Part shown: positions 1 through 10,777 of the stretch, piece by piece
Position numbering within the stretch: the stretch's first letter is position 1
How the letters are laid out: each line of letters opens with the position of its first letter
Assembly (NCBI GenBank): GCA_963663765.2
Contig: CAXXUA010000011.1
Location: 117,491 to 181,490, forward strand
Length of the DNA: 64,000 nucleotides
Source: Candidatus Poribacteria bacterium
GTDB taxonomy: Bacteria > Poribacteria > WGA-4E > WGA-3G
Direction of reading: 5' to 3'
Position numbers and translations under genes: made by a program
The notes under the pieces: model-generated
Database searches by the model: none
What the model saw: the letters and a program-made list of their open reading frames with translations, nothing else
Told to the model about the DNA's origin: nothing

Positions 1-532
1 TGTCGTTTCCAACATTTTTAACTTGATACTCAATGATAAAGAAATCATAGAGTGGTGCATAGCTCCACTGAAAGCAGTTGACATCAATTTCTAAACCGAG
101 AATTACATCTGTGTTAACTTCTGTATTTGTATCAGTACATTTGAATTGTATTCGCTGCTGTGTTGGTGTTCCTTTAGATGTTACACCAGGTTTTTGAGAG
201 TAAATATTTACAGGTAGTCCTGTCTCTGGATGCATAATTGGAATAGGCCAAATCTCACTTTGTCTTCCATCAGCCTCAGCGACACCGACCTCACCGTTCT
301 TTTTTGCGCCAATCCAGATATCACCTTCATAAATATAGGAGTCGTTTGTACCTGCTGGCCACCATCCTGAAGGGTTCAACGTGGGGTTACTTGGAAAACC
401 GACTACACCTGTATTGAAAATAGCAGATGATAGATTTCCAACATCAAGGGCTTCCCATTCTTCTGCAGCATTTGCAGAGAGGACAGTAACTGCTATAACC
501 GTGAATAACAAACTTTTTCGCAGTAATTTCAT
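1..532 (-). CDS. Secreted protein, N-terminal part (runs off the window start; not in the ORF track)
   Basis: ATG at 532 with AAGGAG RBS; open frame MKLLRKSLLFTVIAVTVLSANAAEEWEALDVGNLSSAIFNTGVVG...GWWPAGT...YIYEGDIWIG...LGLEIDVNCFQWSYAPLYDFFIIEYQVKNVGND; signal peptide ending ANA. Confidence 0.85.
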   Translation of the reverse strand, partial: MKLLRKSLLFTVIAVTVLSANAAEEWEALDVGNLSSAIFNTGVVGFPSNPTLNPSGWWPAGTNDSYIYEGDIWIGAKKNGEVGVAEADGRQSEIWPIPIMHPETGLPVNIYSQKPGVTSKGTPTQQRIQFKCTDTNTEVNTDVILGLEIDVNCFQWSYAPLYDFFIIEYQVKNVGND

Positions 533-666
533 TTTTTTCTCCTTTTTCCCTCTTATAGTGCGGTGTTCTCAAATTCAACCATTTTCAGACACTTGCAAAA
601 ATATCAGTTCTTATTGCTAATTATATCATACTTCACGTTTTTGTTTTCTGAACTCTACTAAAGCAT

Positions 667-2577
667 TCACTGGTCTTCAGTGATCTCATAAATACGGTAC
701 CTTTGTCTATTACCATTACCAACGTTAACTTCTTCATCATAAATCAATGGGAAATCATATTCTGTTTGTGTAATTGAGAAGAGATACGGAATTGCCCTTG
801 CTGCGCGTGCTTCATTTGCCCTTTGTATAAGATTGTCCAATGTACTTGCTCCACTTTGGATGATTCTGTATGTTGATCTGTCAGCATGATACATCAAGTC
901 AAAATGTGCGCCGATGCGTTGATCATCCGTGAAAAAACAAGCATTTTCAGGAAATTCACTTTGTATACGTTTCCCGCTTTCTACATACAATGGTGTTTGT
1001 GCATTCCGTTCTATTACGTTGTTAGTAGCATCTACATATCTACCTACATAAAAGAATGCAATACCGAGTGCTGCAATTCGAACACCCATCCATATCCATT
1101 TTTGCCATCCTGTTTTGCGTATCAGTAAATAAATCCCACAGAATACTGACAGTAAAATTCCAAATACAATAAGTTGTTCAACAATAACAAAATGCTTGTG
1201 AATAATCTTTGCAAATCTATTTATTGCATCAACTTGTAACAATCCGATACCTTTCCCACTTACCATTAGCGAAGTCCATTTCTCTTTGTGGATTAACTTT
1301 CCCCCAAGAGCAATGCCAACAATAGCCAGCATTGATGAACCCCAAATAGCAGTGTAAATCCAATCCTTTCGTTTCCAAACCCGACTAATGACAGCAGCCA
1401 AACATATTAGCAACGGTGGTACAGAAATCATTGTCGCTGAAGGTGTTTTTGTAGTTGCAAATGTATGCGGTACAATAACACCTATAGCCCAAGCCAACAA
1501 AAACAGTTCAGGCATTCGCCAGTTTTTAACCAAGACAACAAGCAGACACAACACGACTGCAAACAGTGCTGCATAAATCCACGGGTAGAACATCGGCATA
1601 TATTCAAACAAAGGTCTGTCCCACGATGCCCCCCAACCTTCAACATTCGTATTTAAATGGTCAATGACACGTTTGTGTTCCCATAGAAACTCCTTCGTAT
1701 GTCTTATCAAGCAATAGACTGTCCAAGGTGCTACAGTTGCAATTCCTGCAAGTAGAATTATACCAACATCCTTAAGTCGAATTTGTATGTTTTCTTTAAA
1801 TAATTCTCGGTTTTCTTCGTTTTCAATATTATCCTTTGTAGAGTTTCTGCGGTATAAATGCTTTTTTAACTTTTCAACATAAGTAGGGATTCTGGGCAAT
1901 ATATGTCGTTTGAACCACACAACAAACCACACAGAAAATGCTATACCAAACGTAATCAGTGCCAGGTAACTTTTTGAGAGATATGCAATTCCCATTGCTA
2001 TCCCTGCTAAGATATAATTTCTACGACTTCCACTCCGCATTCCAAGAAGCAAGAACCAACATGAAACTTGCACCCACAGAAGCAGTGCTATATCTATGTG
2101 ATCCGAATACCGATAACCGTGAACAGAAGCAAAAAGAAACGGGTTGAAAGCCTGAAGAAACGCTGCAATTAGTCCTGCTCGTTTATCAAAAAGATCAGAT
2201 GCTATTTTAAATGTTAACCAAGCACAGAGAACCAAACTAATCGCCGATGGTAATCGGAGTGCAAATGTGTTGATACCAAATATGAAGTGTGATAGACATA
2301 TCTGCCACATTGCCATTGGCGGCTTGTGTAGCCATATATGGTTTTCTCCCCATTTAGTGTAATCGTATTTAAGCCACGGTTGGTCGTATAATGTAAACCT
2401 CAAGGGATGTTTCGTCAAATTACGAGCGACAATTGCATGATAACTCTCATCCCAATAGTGTGTCTTACTGTGACCAAGGTTTCGCAATACCAATACAAAC
2501 GATGAAATTAATATACAAATAAGAATGATTCTAACAACAAGAGACTCCCTATCTGAGTTTATATTTTCAAAAATCAT
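667..2577 (-). CDS. ArnT/PMT-like GT-C glycosyltransferase (GT39/GT83-like)
   Basis: WDESYH, HKPP and ALRLPSA motifs; many transmembrane segments. Confidence 0.85.
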   Translation of the reverse strand: MIFENINSDRESLVVRIILICILISSFVLVLRNLGHSKTHYWDESYHAIVARNLTKHPLRFTLYDQPWLKYDYTKWGENHIWLHKPPMAMWQICLSHFIFGINTFALRLPSAISLVLCAWLTFKIASDLFDKRAGLIAAFLQAFNPFLFASVHGYRYSDHIDIALLLWVQVSCWFLLLGMRSGSRRNYILAGIAMGIAYLSKSYLALITFGIAFSVWFVVWFKRHILPRIPTYVEKLKKHLYRRNSTKDNIENEENRELFKENIQIRLKDVGIILLAGIATVAPWTVYCLIRHTKEFLWEHKRVIDHLNTNVEGWGASWDRPLFEYMPMFYPWIYAALFAVVLCLLVVLVKNWRMPELFLLAWAIGVIVPHTFATTKTPSATMISVPPLLICLAAVISRVWKRKDWIYTAIWGSSMLAIVGIALGGKLIHKEKWTSLMVSGKGIGLLQVDAINRFAKIIHKHFVIVEQLIVFGILLSVFCGIYLLIRKTGWQKWIWMGVRIAALGIAFFYVGRYVDATNNVIERNAQTPLYVESGKRIQSEFPENACFFTDDQRIGAHFDLMYHADRSTYRIIQSGASTLDNLIQRANEARAARAIPYLFSITQTEYDFPLIYDEEVNVGNGNRQRYRIYEITEDQ

Positions 2578-2647
2578 CTATGATGTCGCGAGTTGCTGAA
2601 ATACTTACAGTCTCTTCCTATTTTGGTATTTACTTTGTGTTTGTTGC

Positions 2648-3649
2648 CTAAACCCATCCATCCTCAATCATCAGGGTTAATGGGGACTCCATCTCTTCCA
2701 TTGGTAATCTTACGCGTTGCCTTTTCCGTGATGATTCATATATTGCCATGAGTAGTTCCAACGTTGCATAACCTTCATAACCACTTGAACGGTGTTCTCT
2801 ATCTTCTTCAACGGTTTCTATCATGTCACGAACAGGGTTGCTACCAGATGGTAATTCTGGAGACACCCATTCTCCATTGGATTCTGAGTTACGAATACGA
2901 ATCCCAGGACCACCCGGTGCAGCAAGTTCAAGTTCACCACCTGATCCATAACAGTATATGTGATGATAACCCGGTGCTGTATCGTTCCCAGATTCAATAA
3001 TTCCTCTTACGTTATCTTCAAACTTAAAATATCCAATTGCAAAGTCTTCAGAGTGTAAATCGTATTTTGTTGGTGTGCCGATTCTTTCAATCTGTCCTAT
3101 AACCCAACTGACTGGCTTATCACCATAGACATACAACATAAGGTCGACTGTATGTGTAGCGTTATCCTTTAGGTCTCCACCACCACATATTCCGTGAATG
3201 CGGTAAATTTCACCTATCGCACCGTCTGCAATCATCTGTCGTGCATGTTGGTAGGGAGTGCTAAAGCGTACTTGATGGTCAATTGCAAGTTTCACACCAT
3301 GTTGTTTACATGCTTCAAGCATTGATTTTGCTTGTCCAAGGTTTTCTGCCATCGGTTTTTCAGATAAAATACCCTTGACCCTTCGTTTAGCAGTTTCAAC
3401 CACAATCGGTGCATGGTGTTTCGGGCGCGTACACACTGAAACCAGATCAATCTCTTCGTTTTCAAGCATGTCAACGTAATCAGTGTATTTTTTCTCTACG
3501 TTATGCCTTTCACCGAACGAGTTTAATCGTTCTTCGTCAAGGTCAGCAATTGCTATAATATTAGTTCTCGGTTCGTTCACATACCATCCTGCATGCATAT
3601 GTGAAATACCACCGCAACCGACTATTGCAACGTTGTAGTTTTTATCCAT
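2648..3649 (-). CDS. Gfo/Idh/MocA oxidoreductase
   Basis: VGCGGIS Rossmann motif, EKPMA, DNATH. Confidence 0.9.
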   Translation of the reverse strand: MDKNYNVAIVGCGGISHMHAGWYVNEPRTNIIAIADLDEERLNSFGERHNVEKKYTDYVDMLENEEIDLVSVCTRPKHHAPIVVETAKRRVKGILSEKPMAENLGQAKSMLEACKQHGVKLAIDHQVRFSTPYQHARQMIADGAIGEIYRIHGICGGGDLKDNATHTVDLMLYVYGDKPVSWVIGQIERIGTPTKYDLHSEDFAIGYFKFEDNVRGIIESGNDTAPGYHHIYCYGSGGELELAAPGGPGIRIRNSESNGEWVSPELPSGSNPVRDMIETVEEDREHRSSGYEGYATLELLMAIYESSRKRQRVRLPMEEMESPLTLMIEDGWV

Positions 3650-3666
3650 TCATATTCCTTTCATTA

Positions 3667-4494
3667 CTATAAGCCAGATTCGTTTATTTTATTGTAGATG
3701 TCAGTTCCCATGGTCACCAATTCCTCTCGAATTTCATCCCAATCATCTCGGTCATTTTTACCTTTGTTTAGGACAGGAAATTGAACTCTTATCTGCTTCG
3801 GAGAGTCGTTATAGTCATAGGTATAGTCAGATTCCGGAAATAATTCCATCACACCGTCTCTACGATCCAAAGGATTTTCTCCCTGGAAGTACAACTGAAT
3901 ATAACAACGTTGGTTGGAAACAAAAAGGCAGACACTAATATTGCGAATACTTTTCGGTATCCAACCATCATTACTAAGAGGAACGGGTCTTCCAGTAAAT
4001 AACTCACCAAACTTACCTTCTCGGATAGGAGCCCAAAACTCGCTATACCCAACTTCACCGTGTTTTTCAGTTTGAATATCTATTGCGGGGCGCGCAACAT
4101 GATGAAAAGAGAGTTCGTTGTGTGAATTTGCTTGTGCTTGAATCAGATACCAATTGACGTTACTATCTTCATTGCGTAGATTGCAGGTAACTATCATTAG
4201 TTCTTCAAAGTCTTCTGCAACTAAAACTGCTACATCAGCCTTCTTTAATCGTGCATAAGCTTCAAGTCTACCCCAATGATCCCAATCTGCTTTACCAAAT
4301 TGGTTTTCAATTACAAGTGTACCATCCTCTCCATCAGCAACAATATCTGCTCTTCGTGTGCCGACATTGGCTTCTGTTTCTGGGTCTTCAAAATCACCGA
4401 CGTTAAGTGCGTCAAGAGTATTGGCAAGATCCGCTGAGAATTCCTCTTCACGGTTATATATCTCGGATAGTGGTTTTGTTTTTTGTAGGTTCAT
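3667..4494 (-). CDS. DUF4268-like protein with PD-(D/E)xK-like N-terminal domain
   Basis: EEEFS...RADIVA...LVIENQFGKADWDHWG; C-terminal YSEFW domain. Confidence 0.7.
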   Translation of the reverse strand: MNLQKTKPLSEIYNREEEFSADLANTLDALNVGDFEDPETEANVGTRRADIVADGEDGTLVIENQFGKADWDHWGRLEAYARLKKADVAVLVAEDFEELMIVTCNLRNEDSNVNWYLIQAQANSHNELSFHHVARPAIDIQTEKHGEVGYSEFWAPIREGKFGELFTGRPVPLSNDGWIPKSIRNISVCLFVSNQRCYIQLYFQGENPLDRRDGVMELFPESDYTYDYNDSPKQIRVQFPVLNKGKNDRDDWDEIREELVTMGTDIYNKINESGL

Positions 4495-4517
4495 TTGAGT
4501 TTCCCATACAATACTTG

Positions 4518-4754
4518 TTATCGTTCGTGATGAATATTTAGGTGTTTAGTGTCGTCCATGACTTTTAATACGAATCTTAATGCTTCATTAACGACTTTTT
4601 CGTTCGGAAAAGCTGCGGCAACATCTGGATCAAGTTTGATAATATTTGTACCGGCAGTGTATTGCTCAGCATATTTTCCACGGATACCGTTTTTTAGCAA
4701 CGTTTCATCGTATTCAGGACGCAATTCGTCATTAAGATCGGATTTGTTATCCAT
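4518..4754 (-). CDS. BrnA-like antitoxin
   Basis: DELRPEYD...GIRGKYA...KLDPDVAAAFP...VNEALR; ATG at 4754 overlaps the brnT stop. Confidence 0.8.
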   Translation of the reverse strand: MDNKSDLNDELRPEYDETLLKNGIRGKYAEQYTAGTNIIKLDPDVAAAFPNEKVVNEALRFVLKVMDDTKHLNIHHER

Positions 4755-5019
4755 TTTCGTATATTCTCCGTTCTCTGAGTGTAGTTTTACGAGCATTGAT
4801 AATTCGGATTCGCTGCCCGCGATCTGTATGAGAAATAATTAATAACCTTCTTTGAATTGACTCACCAATTGTAATGTTTCTACTCTCATCATGTGAATGA
4901 TCTGGATCAAAAAATGTAAGGGACAAAGGATCCGCAAATACAGTTGATGCTTCGTGAAAAGATACATTATGTTTAGAAAAATTATTTGCTGCTTTGTTAG
5001 GGTCCCATTCAAATTCCAT
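4747..5019 (-). CDS. brnT: BrnT family toxin
   Basis: MEFEWDPNKAANNFSKHNVSFHEA...HS.DESR...IRIINARK. Confidence 0.9.
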   Translation of the reverse strand: MEFEWDPNKAANNFSKHNVSFHEASTVFADPLSLTFFDPDHSHDESRNITIGESIQRRLLIISHTDRGQRIRIINARKTTLRERRIYENG

Positions 5020-5070
5020 AATGTCAACTTAGAACCGGCTTGACAATGTTTTTTGAACACTCATGTTCAA

Positions 5071-5220
5071 TCATCGCTTCAGTAACTTGGCTATTTCCAC
5101 GTCATAGTTGTCATAGATACTTATTTCAGGACTTTCCCAATATTCTGCAATAGTTGAAAAGCGCTGGCGTAAATCTGCTGCTTAAACTTCGCCAATACCA
5201 CATTCATTGAATCTGCCCTC
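5071..5220 (-). pseudogene. Remnant of a small antitoxin-like gene
   Basis: Frame reads GIGEV*AADLRQRFSTIAEYWESPEISIYDNYDVEIAKLLKR*; internal TAA and no start codon. Confidence 0.45.
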
Positions 5221-8200
5221 CTAAAAATCCAAACTCACTCCCACCATCATCAATCGCGGTGAACTCCATGAAGCTGGACTTGTATGTTTCTGTGCAGACA
5301 ATGGAATACCATACCTATCATAGGTAACTTCATCAATCAGATCATATAGGTTTTTTGTGTTGAAGATGTTACGAATATCCGCGAAGAAGGTATAGGTTAT
5401 TCCTCTGATTTTACTCCGTTTGCTAATAAGTGCATCAACATTGTAGGTTGCAGGGTAACGTTTGGAGTTCACTGCAGGTTTGATGGGTGCACGGGGATTT
5501 GGTGTGTAGGGCAAGCCACTTGCATATCTTCCAACTAAGTTCACAGCAGAGGTAAAGGGTAACTGAATATCCAAGGTTGCAGATACAATATGACGTTGAT
5601 CCCAATCTAACGGATGACTTTCGGTCACTTCCGGTTGAGAACGATATGCAGTTAGATATCCCAATGCACGACTGGAACCCTTACCTTTGGCAACAGAATA
5701 GGTATAACTCAGCATCCCAGAGACAGGACTATTTCCTGTTCGCCACTTTCGGATAGCAAGTTCAAAACCCTGAACGCGTCCATATATATCATTGATGAAA
5801 TAACTATAATCGTTATTTATCCCTACGTATACACTACTGACAAGGTTGTTTATATCCTTTGTAAAACCAGTGATGTCAACTGTTAAGTCGTCCGTGAACT
5901 GTTGAATGATACCAACTTCATAAGCAATAGTTTTTTCCGGTTCAAGATCAGGATTCCCTCGTCTTCGGATTGCGCCGCGCATGTCAAAACTAAGATTTTC
6001 ATAGAGATCGTCACCTCTCGGTATTTGATAATAGTGTCCATAGGTGAAGTGCAATTTCGTCTGGTCAGTTATTGGAAAGGAAATACCAAGACGAGGTGCG
6101 ATCATGTGTTTGATAGAGGCATTAACTGGTTCATTGATGATAGGTAATCCAGATTTGATAAGTTTATCTTCACGTGCAAAGGAATCAAAGAGATCAGTCA
6201 GGTAGTCTGGTAGTTCGTCTCTTTTAACTTCTTCACCGGAACTTGTGACGAGTTGAACTTTACCGTCTTCACTTCTTTCGTGTCTGATTGTTTTGATTGT
6301 GCCATCATCATTCAGTTCAAGTGGGTCCTCTGGGTTTTTAGGTGAGATACCATCTGGATCATAACGGTCATACCGTAATCCGATATTGACAATCATACCA
6401 GAATACTCCATTTTATCTTGAGCATATAAACTGAGTGAAGATGGCGTGACATCATAATACTCCATATATAAGTTTGAACTACCATAGTTCGTAGTGCCAA
6501 GATAGTAGAGATGGTTTGTGGAAAATTCAATTCCAGTCTGAATTTGGTGATTTTCCGTAATTTGACTTGCATAATTCCCTTTGAATATTGATGTTGTGGA
6601 ATTGCGATCAATCCAAGAGTTGTTATCTCCTGCGACAAAATAAGTTGAATCGTTATATGCCTGCTGGGCTGGGTTCCTAATTCTTCCTTCTATTTGATTC
6701 TGCATAAAAACAGCTATTGCTGGATCGGGATACTGTTCAGCAATTACGGGGTCGACAGTAATCTCAGGATCCCAAGCATTTTCATCAAACTCTTTATTAA
6801 GCGGTTCCCAAACTTTACCGGGTTGATGACTGCTATAGGAACGGTGGAATTGTCCAAAAGTCAGTGTATAAAATGTACCTGAGTTAATATTGTGTGAAAG
6901 TTGAACAGAAAGACTACGTCCATCTCTATTATCTACCTCAATCGCGTTTGGGACGAACCGCAAACTACCACCATATCTATTGATTTCCCGGACATCGTAG
7001 AGCCCACTTGCTGTGAGTTTGACTTTAGGGGTAATCTCATACTTGAGTTTTCCCTGTAACGTGTGTCCTCCGCTACCACTATTGGGTAGATAACTTTCAT
7101 CGCGACGCAACTGACTGGCGAAGGAGAACGTTAAGCGATTGTCCCATATTGGACCACTAAGTGCGAATTCTCCTATATGACTCGGTGATAAACCATAGTC
7201 TTTATTATCATTAAACAATCCACTGTACTCCTCCAAATCCACTATGTAACCATCAAATAATGTAACCTGTTTTTTCTCGTAGTCAATAATAGTACCATCA
7301 GCACCTTTGAAGGGTTGTCGGTCCATAATGATTTCACCTGTATCAGGATCAACCATGTGTTCACCAGTTTCTTGATCGGTTACTGGTTGTAGCGGATTTA
7401 CTGTTCTATCTATATATACACCCGGATAGATCTCCGTGAAGACAATCTTTTCATCACCTTCAAGATTTTCTAAGTCTTCTACAGTAAGTTGACTTAGTTC
7501 GGCATCACGATAGGGTTTCTGATATTCATAGGGTTTTCCTAAGAATACACCTCTAAAAGGTTCAAGTGCAATCGGACGAAAGTCGTTGTCTGGGTCAAAC
7601 CAAGCTCCATAGACAGGGTCACCATGATGCTGTCCCCATTGACCTACCCTATACCTGAAACTCCCCTTAAATTTGTTTGTACCAACTTTAGTGATTAGAT
7701 TGATGATACCGGATTGTGCATCACCGTGTTCGGCATTGAATCCACCAGTAATCACTTCCATCTGCTCAAGTGCATTTGTGCTAATTTGCAATCCCAGTCC
7801 TCTAAATATTGGATCATTTACTGGAATCCCATCAATTAGATATTTTGTCTCCATTGACCTTCCACCGCGTATATGTAGTGAACCAGATGAATTTAGGACA
7901 GCAATTCCAGCTTGTGTTTGAAGAATACCGTTTACGGTATCACGCGGCATTGAAGAAATCTCATCCTTTTCAATTATCCGAGTCGTTTGTGTAACATCTT
8001 TTTTGATAAGCGGTTTGGTTGCTGTTACAGTTACACCTTCCAGTTCAACAACTTCAGATGCTTCTAAAGAAAAGTTTACTGTTGTAGTTAAGCCTGCAAA
8101 TACTTTGGATTCTGTTATTGTCTTTGAACGGTAGCCGGTGATTTCAACTTGTATATCATAATCACCAGGAGAGATGTTGGTCATAACGAAATAACCGGAT

Positions 8201-8400
8201 TCGTTTGTTGTGGTAGTCGTGCTTGAGTCAACAATTGTAACTGTTGCATTTGCAATAGGTTCTTTTGTGGCTTCAGCAGTGACGATACCGGATATCTTGC
8301 CTGTAGTCGCAGCATGCATACTTTGTATGAAGATGAAGTTGGTAAAGGTGAAAATACTCAAAATAATCAACCAAATTTTGAAGATATTATCTACTTTCAT
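5221..8400 (-). CDS. TonB-dependent receptor with N-terminal carboxypeptidase-regulatory-like domain
   Basis: TTGKISG; plug HIRGGR...YLIDG; GGFNAEHGDAQSGIIN; APRLGISFPIT; GNPDLEPEKT; C-terminal F. Confidence 0.93.
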   Translation of the reverse strand: MKVDNIFKIWLIILSIFTFTNFIFIQSMHAATTGKISGIVTAEATKEPIANATVTIVDSSTTTTTNESGYFVMTNISPGDYDIQVEITGYRSKTITESKVFAGLTTTVNFSLEASEVVELEGVTVTATKPLIKKDVTQTTRIIEKDEISSMPRDTVNGILQTQAGIAVLNSSGSLHIRGGRSMETKYLIDGIPVNDPIFRGLGLQISTNALEQMEVITGGFNAEHGDAQSGIINLITKVGTNKFKGSFRYRVGQWGQHHGDPVYGAWFDPDNDFRPIALEPFRGVFLGKPYEYQKPYRDAELSQLTVEDLENLEGDEKIVFTEIYPGVYIDRTVNPLQPVTDQETGEHMVDPDTGEIIMDRQPFKGADGTIIDYEKKQVTLFDGYIVDLEEYSGLFNDNKDYGLSPSHIGEFALSGPIWDNRLTFSFASQLRRDESYLPNSGSGGHTLQGKLKYEITPKVKLTASGLYDVREINRYGGSLRFVPNAIEVDNRDGRSLSVQLSHNINSGTFYTLTFGQFHRSYSSHQPGKVWEPLNKEFDENAWDPEITVDPVIAEQYPDPAIAVFMQNQIEGRIRNPAQQAYNDSTYFVAGDNNSWIDRNSTTSIFKGNYASQITENHQIQTGIEFSTNHLYYLGTTNYGSSNLYMEYYDVTPSSLSLYAQDKMEYSGMIVNIGLRYDRYDPDGISPKNPEDPLELNDDGTIKTIRHERSEDGKVQLVTSSGEEVKRDELPDYLTDLFDSFAREDKLIKSGLPIINEPVNASIKHMIAPRLGISFPITDQTKLHFTYGHYYQIPRGDDLYENLSFDMRGAIRRRGNPDLEPEKTIAYEVGIIQQFTDDLTVDITGFTKDINNLVSSVYVGINNDYSYFINDIYGRVQGFELAIRKWRTGNSPVSGMLSYTYSVAKGKGSSRALGYLTAYRSQPEVTESHPLDWDQRHIVSATLDIQLPFTSAVNLVGRYASGLPYTPNPRAPIKPAVNSKRYPATYNVDALISKRSKIRGITYTFFADIRNIFNTKNLYDLIDEVTYDRYGIPLSAQKHTSPASWSSPRLMMVGVSLDF

Positions 8401-8460
8401 TTAAATACTCCTTATCTTCGTAGATATGATATAAGATCATATACGGATGTTTAGCAAATC

Positions 8461-9255
8461 TTAGACATCTAAAACACTTTCAATAAATTTGAGGCTTTTT
8501 AAGTTCCTTCCGGTATGGTATTTGATGAAACGACTAAGTATCATTTTGAGTTCAAAATGATTTTGGGTCGAAGCGCGTAAACTCTTTAATTTATGCAACT
8601 CAATTTTTCTAAGTGTTTTTAACAATTCAGAACTTCCGGGTGATATTGTGAACGCAGATGGATCTCTGGAATTGCAGTTATCACATAGCATTCCGCCGGT
8701 TAAAACACTGAAGTAAAGTATGGGGGTTTGAGTTGTTGATTGAGATGACTTCTGAATGAAGGACGGAGTTATATCTGTTCCACAATTTGCACATATGGAA
8801 AGTTGTGGTGCGAATCCTGAAAGGTCAAGAAACTTAATTTCAAAATACCGTGCAAGTAATGACACATCATGTATATCTTCTAACAATTGGAATGAATTGC
8901 GAAGGAGGGCAAATATCTCAGAGTTCGCATCCCCTTCTGAAGCGACAGCATCAACCAATTCAGCTAAATAGCAACCGTACGAAATACGCGCAAAATCTGT
9001 ACGTATACCGTCAAAACCTTCAATAAGTTCAAATCCTGAAAGGCTTTGTAAATCTCTATTTTCACGATAATTAAAAAGAAGCATACCGTGATTAAGTAGT
9101 TCTAAACTTCCGCTAAGTTTATTCTTTGGACTTTTTATACCATAAGCTACGGCTTTAATTTTCCCGAAATCGGTCGTATAAAAAGTGATGATTTTGTCAG
9201 CTTCACGTATGGGAAAAGCACGCAATACAATAGCTGCAGTTTTTTGAGTTGGCAT
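8461..9255 (-). CDS. recO: DNA repair protein RecO
   Basis: AIVLR...EADKIITFYT..FGKI; CxxC...CxxC zinc finger; LKSL C-terminus. Confidence 0.95.
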   Translation of the reverse strand: MPTQKTAAIVLRAFPIREADKIITFYTTDFGKIKAVAYGIKSPKNKLSGSLELLNHGMLLFNYRENRDLQSLSGFELIEGFDGIRTDFARISYGCYLAELVDAVASEGDANSEIFALLRNSFQLLEDIHDVSLLARYFEIKFLDLSGFAPQLSICANCGTDITPSFIQKSSQSTTQTPILYFSVLTGGMLCDNCNSRDPSAFTISPGSSELLKTLRKIELHKLKSLRASTQNHFELKMILSRFIKYHTGRNLKSLKFIESVLDV

Positions 9256-9294
9256 GTTTCAATATTTGATGATGTCTCAATAGGTGTGGGTAGA

Positions 9295-9369
<75 letters not shown>

Positions 9370-9381
9370 TTCTCTCATATA

Positions 9382-9410
9382 ATTATATCTTACTTTGCTA
9401 ACAATGTCAA
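9382..9410 (-). promoter_or_regulatory. Consensus sigma70 promoter for tRNA-Pro/recO
   Basis: TTGACA-17 nt-TATAAT on the minus strand, 12 nt upstream of the tRNA. Confidence 0.85.
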
Positions 9411-9423
9411 ATCAAAATACATA

Positions 9424-10695
9424 TCATGAATCAGAGTCAAGAGTACTCATCTTTGGCATTTGTATTTTTACTCGTTGAATTCGCCGTTCGTCTGCTTCCA
9501 AAATTGTGAATTCTATTCCTTTGTATGTGAAAACTGTATCTATTGCTGGTACTCTTCCAAGGTGGTCAACAATGTAACCACCGATAGTATCAATACTCTC
9601 GGCATCAAGTTCAGTATCCAATCTCTCATTTAATTCATCCAAGTTCATTCTTGCATCAATAGAAAAGGTGTCAGGAGCAATTTCTATGTATGCGTCTTCT
9701 TCATCTATTTCATCTTCATCTTGGATTTCACCAACAATCTCTTCAATAATATTCTCAAGTGTTACAATGCCTGCAGTTCCACCATACTCATCAACAACAA
9801 TAGCAATATGCTGTTTGTGTCCTCGAAGTTCTCGAAACAATTCAGAAATATTTTTACTTTCAGGTGTAAAAAATGGTGAACGGTCAACAATGAGTTCTTC
9901 AAGTTTAATCGGTGTGTCATCTGCCCAACAATCCAACATGTCCTTGACATGCAATATACCTACAATTTGATCGATTGTCTCTTCGTAAATCGGAATTCTT
10001 GTATGACGACATGCAATCGTAGTCTGTAAAACTTCATCAGCAGGTGTTCCCACCTCAAGACACACCATGTCCGTTCGTGCTACCATGATTTCTCTCACAA
10101 CTTTATCTGGCAGATCTAAAATACGTGAAATCATTTCACGGTTATCTTGATTTATCAAATCCATGCTTTGGGCAACATTATCAAGAGTTTCCAAAACCTC
10201 CGGTGAAACAAGACTATCTTGAACAGATGTTACCTTACCACCACAGATGCGGATAAATAAATTCACAAGAAAATTCAGAGGAATTAAAATTACAAATCCA
10301 CCTAAATAAACTATACGTAACGCACGCAAAGCATGAATAGTCGTTCCACTGGAACTATTCTGTACATAGTTTTTTGGGAATAGTTCTGTAAAAATAACAA
10401 GAAACAACACTGCGATTATACCCGCCAAGATAAGGTTATCCCAAAAGGACATAAACAGAATTACACTACCAACCATTAGTAATGTTTTTGCTGTAATTAT
10501 GGTCAATGAGTAACGCCGTGGGTAATGTAACAGTGAAGTCAATACTTCATAACGTCTACCGCCTTCTTCAGCAAATTCTAATATATTCGTACGAGTTAGA
10601 CGCGCAAGTAAAGCTTCAGCAGCGGAAAACAAAGCATTAAAAATTAACAGAACACCCAGAATAACTATTCTTAATATTATATGATGGTCATCCAA
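9424..10695 (-). CDS. CNNM/CBS/CorC-HlyC hemolysin-family protein
   Basis: FSAAE, ELFPK, VREIMVARTDM, HTRIPIY, VVDEYGGTAGIVTLENIIEEIVGEIQDE. Confidence 0.92.
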   Translation of the reverse strand: MDDHHIILRIVILGVLLIFNALFSAAEALLARLTRTNILEFAEEGGRRYEVLTSLLHYPRRYSLTIITAKTLLMVGSVILFMSFWDNLILAGIIAVLFLVIFTELFPKNYVQNSSSGTTIHALRALRIVYLGGFVILIPLNFLVNLFIRICGGKVTSVQDSLVSPEVLETLDNVAQSMDLINQDNREMISRILDLPDKVVREIMVARTDMVCLEVGTPADEVLQTTIACRHTRIPIYEETIDQIVGILHVKDMLDCWADDTPIKLEELIVDRSPFFTPESKNISELFRELRGHKQHIAIVVDEYGGTAGIVTLENIIEEIVGEIQDEDEIDEEDAYIEIAPDTFSIDARMNLDELNERLDTELDAESIDTIGGYIVDHLGRVPAIDTVFTYKGIEFTILEADERRIQRVKIQMPKMSTLDSDS

Positions 10696-10777
10696 ATGTT
10701 AAATCACACCTCCGTGCGTAATTAAATTGTAGTCTCTTGTAGATAAATGACACTATTATGAATTGAACTACATTCTT

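Noticed and set aside
381-620. ORF-track 79-aa plus-strand ORF
   Set aside because: Shadow of the real minus-strand gene starting at 532
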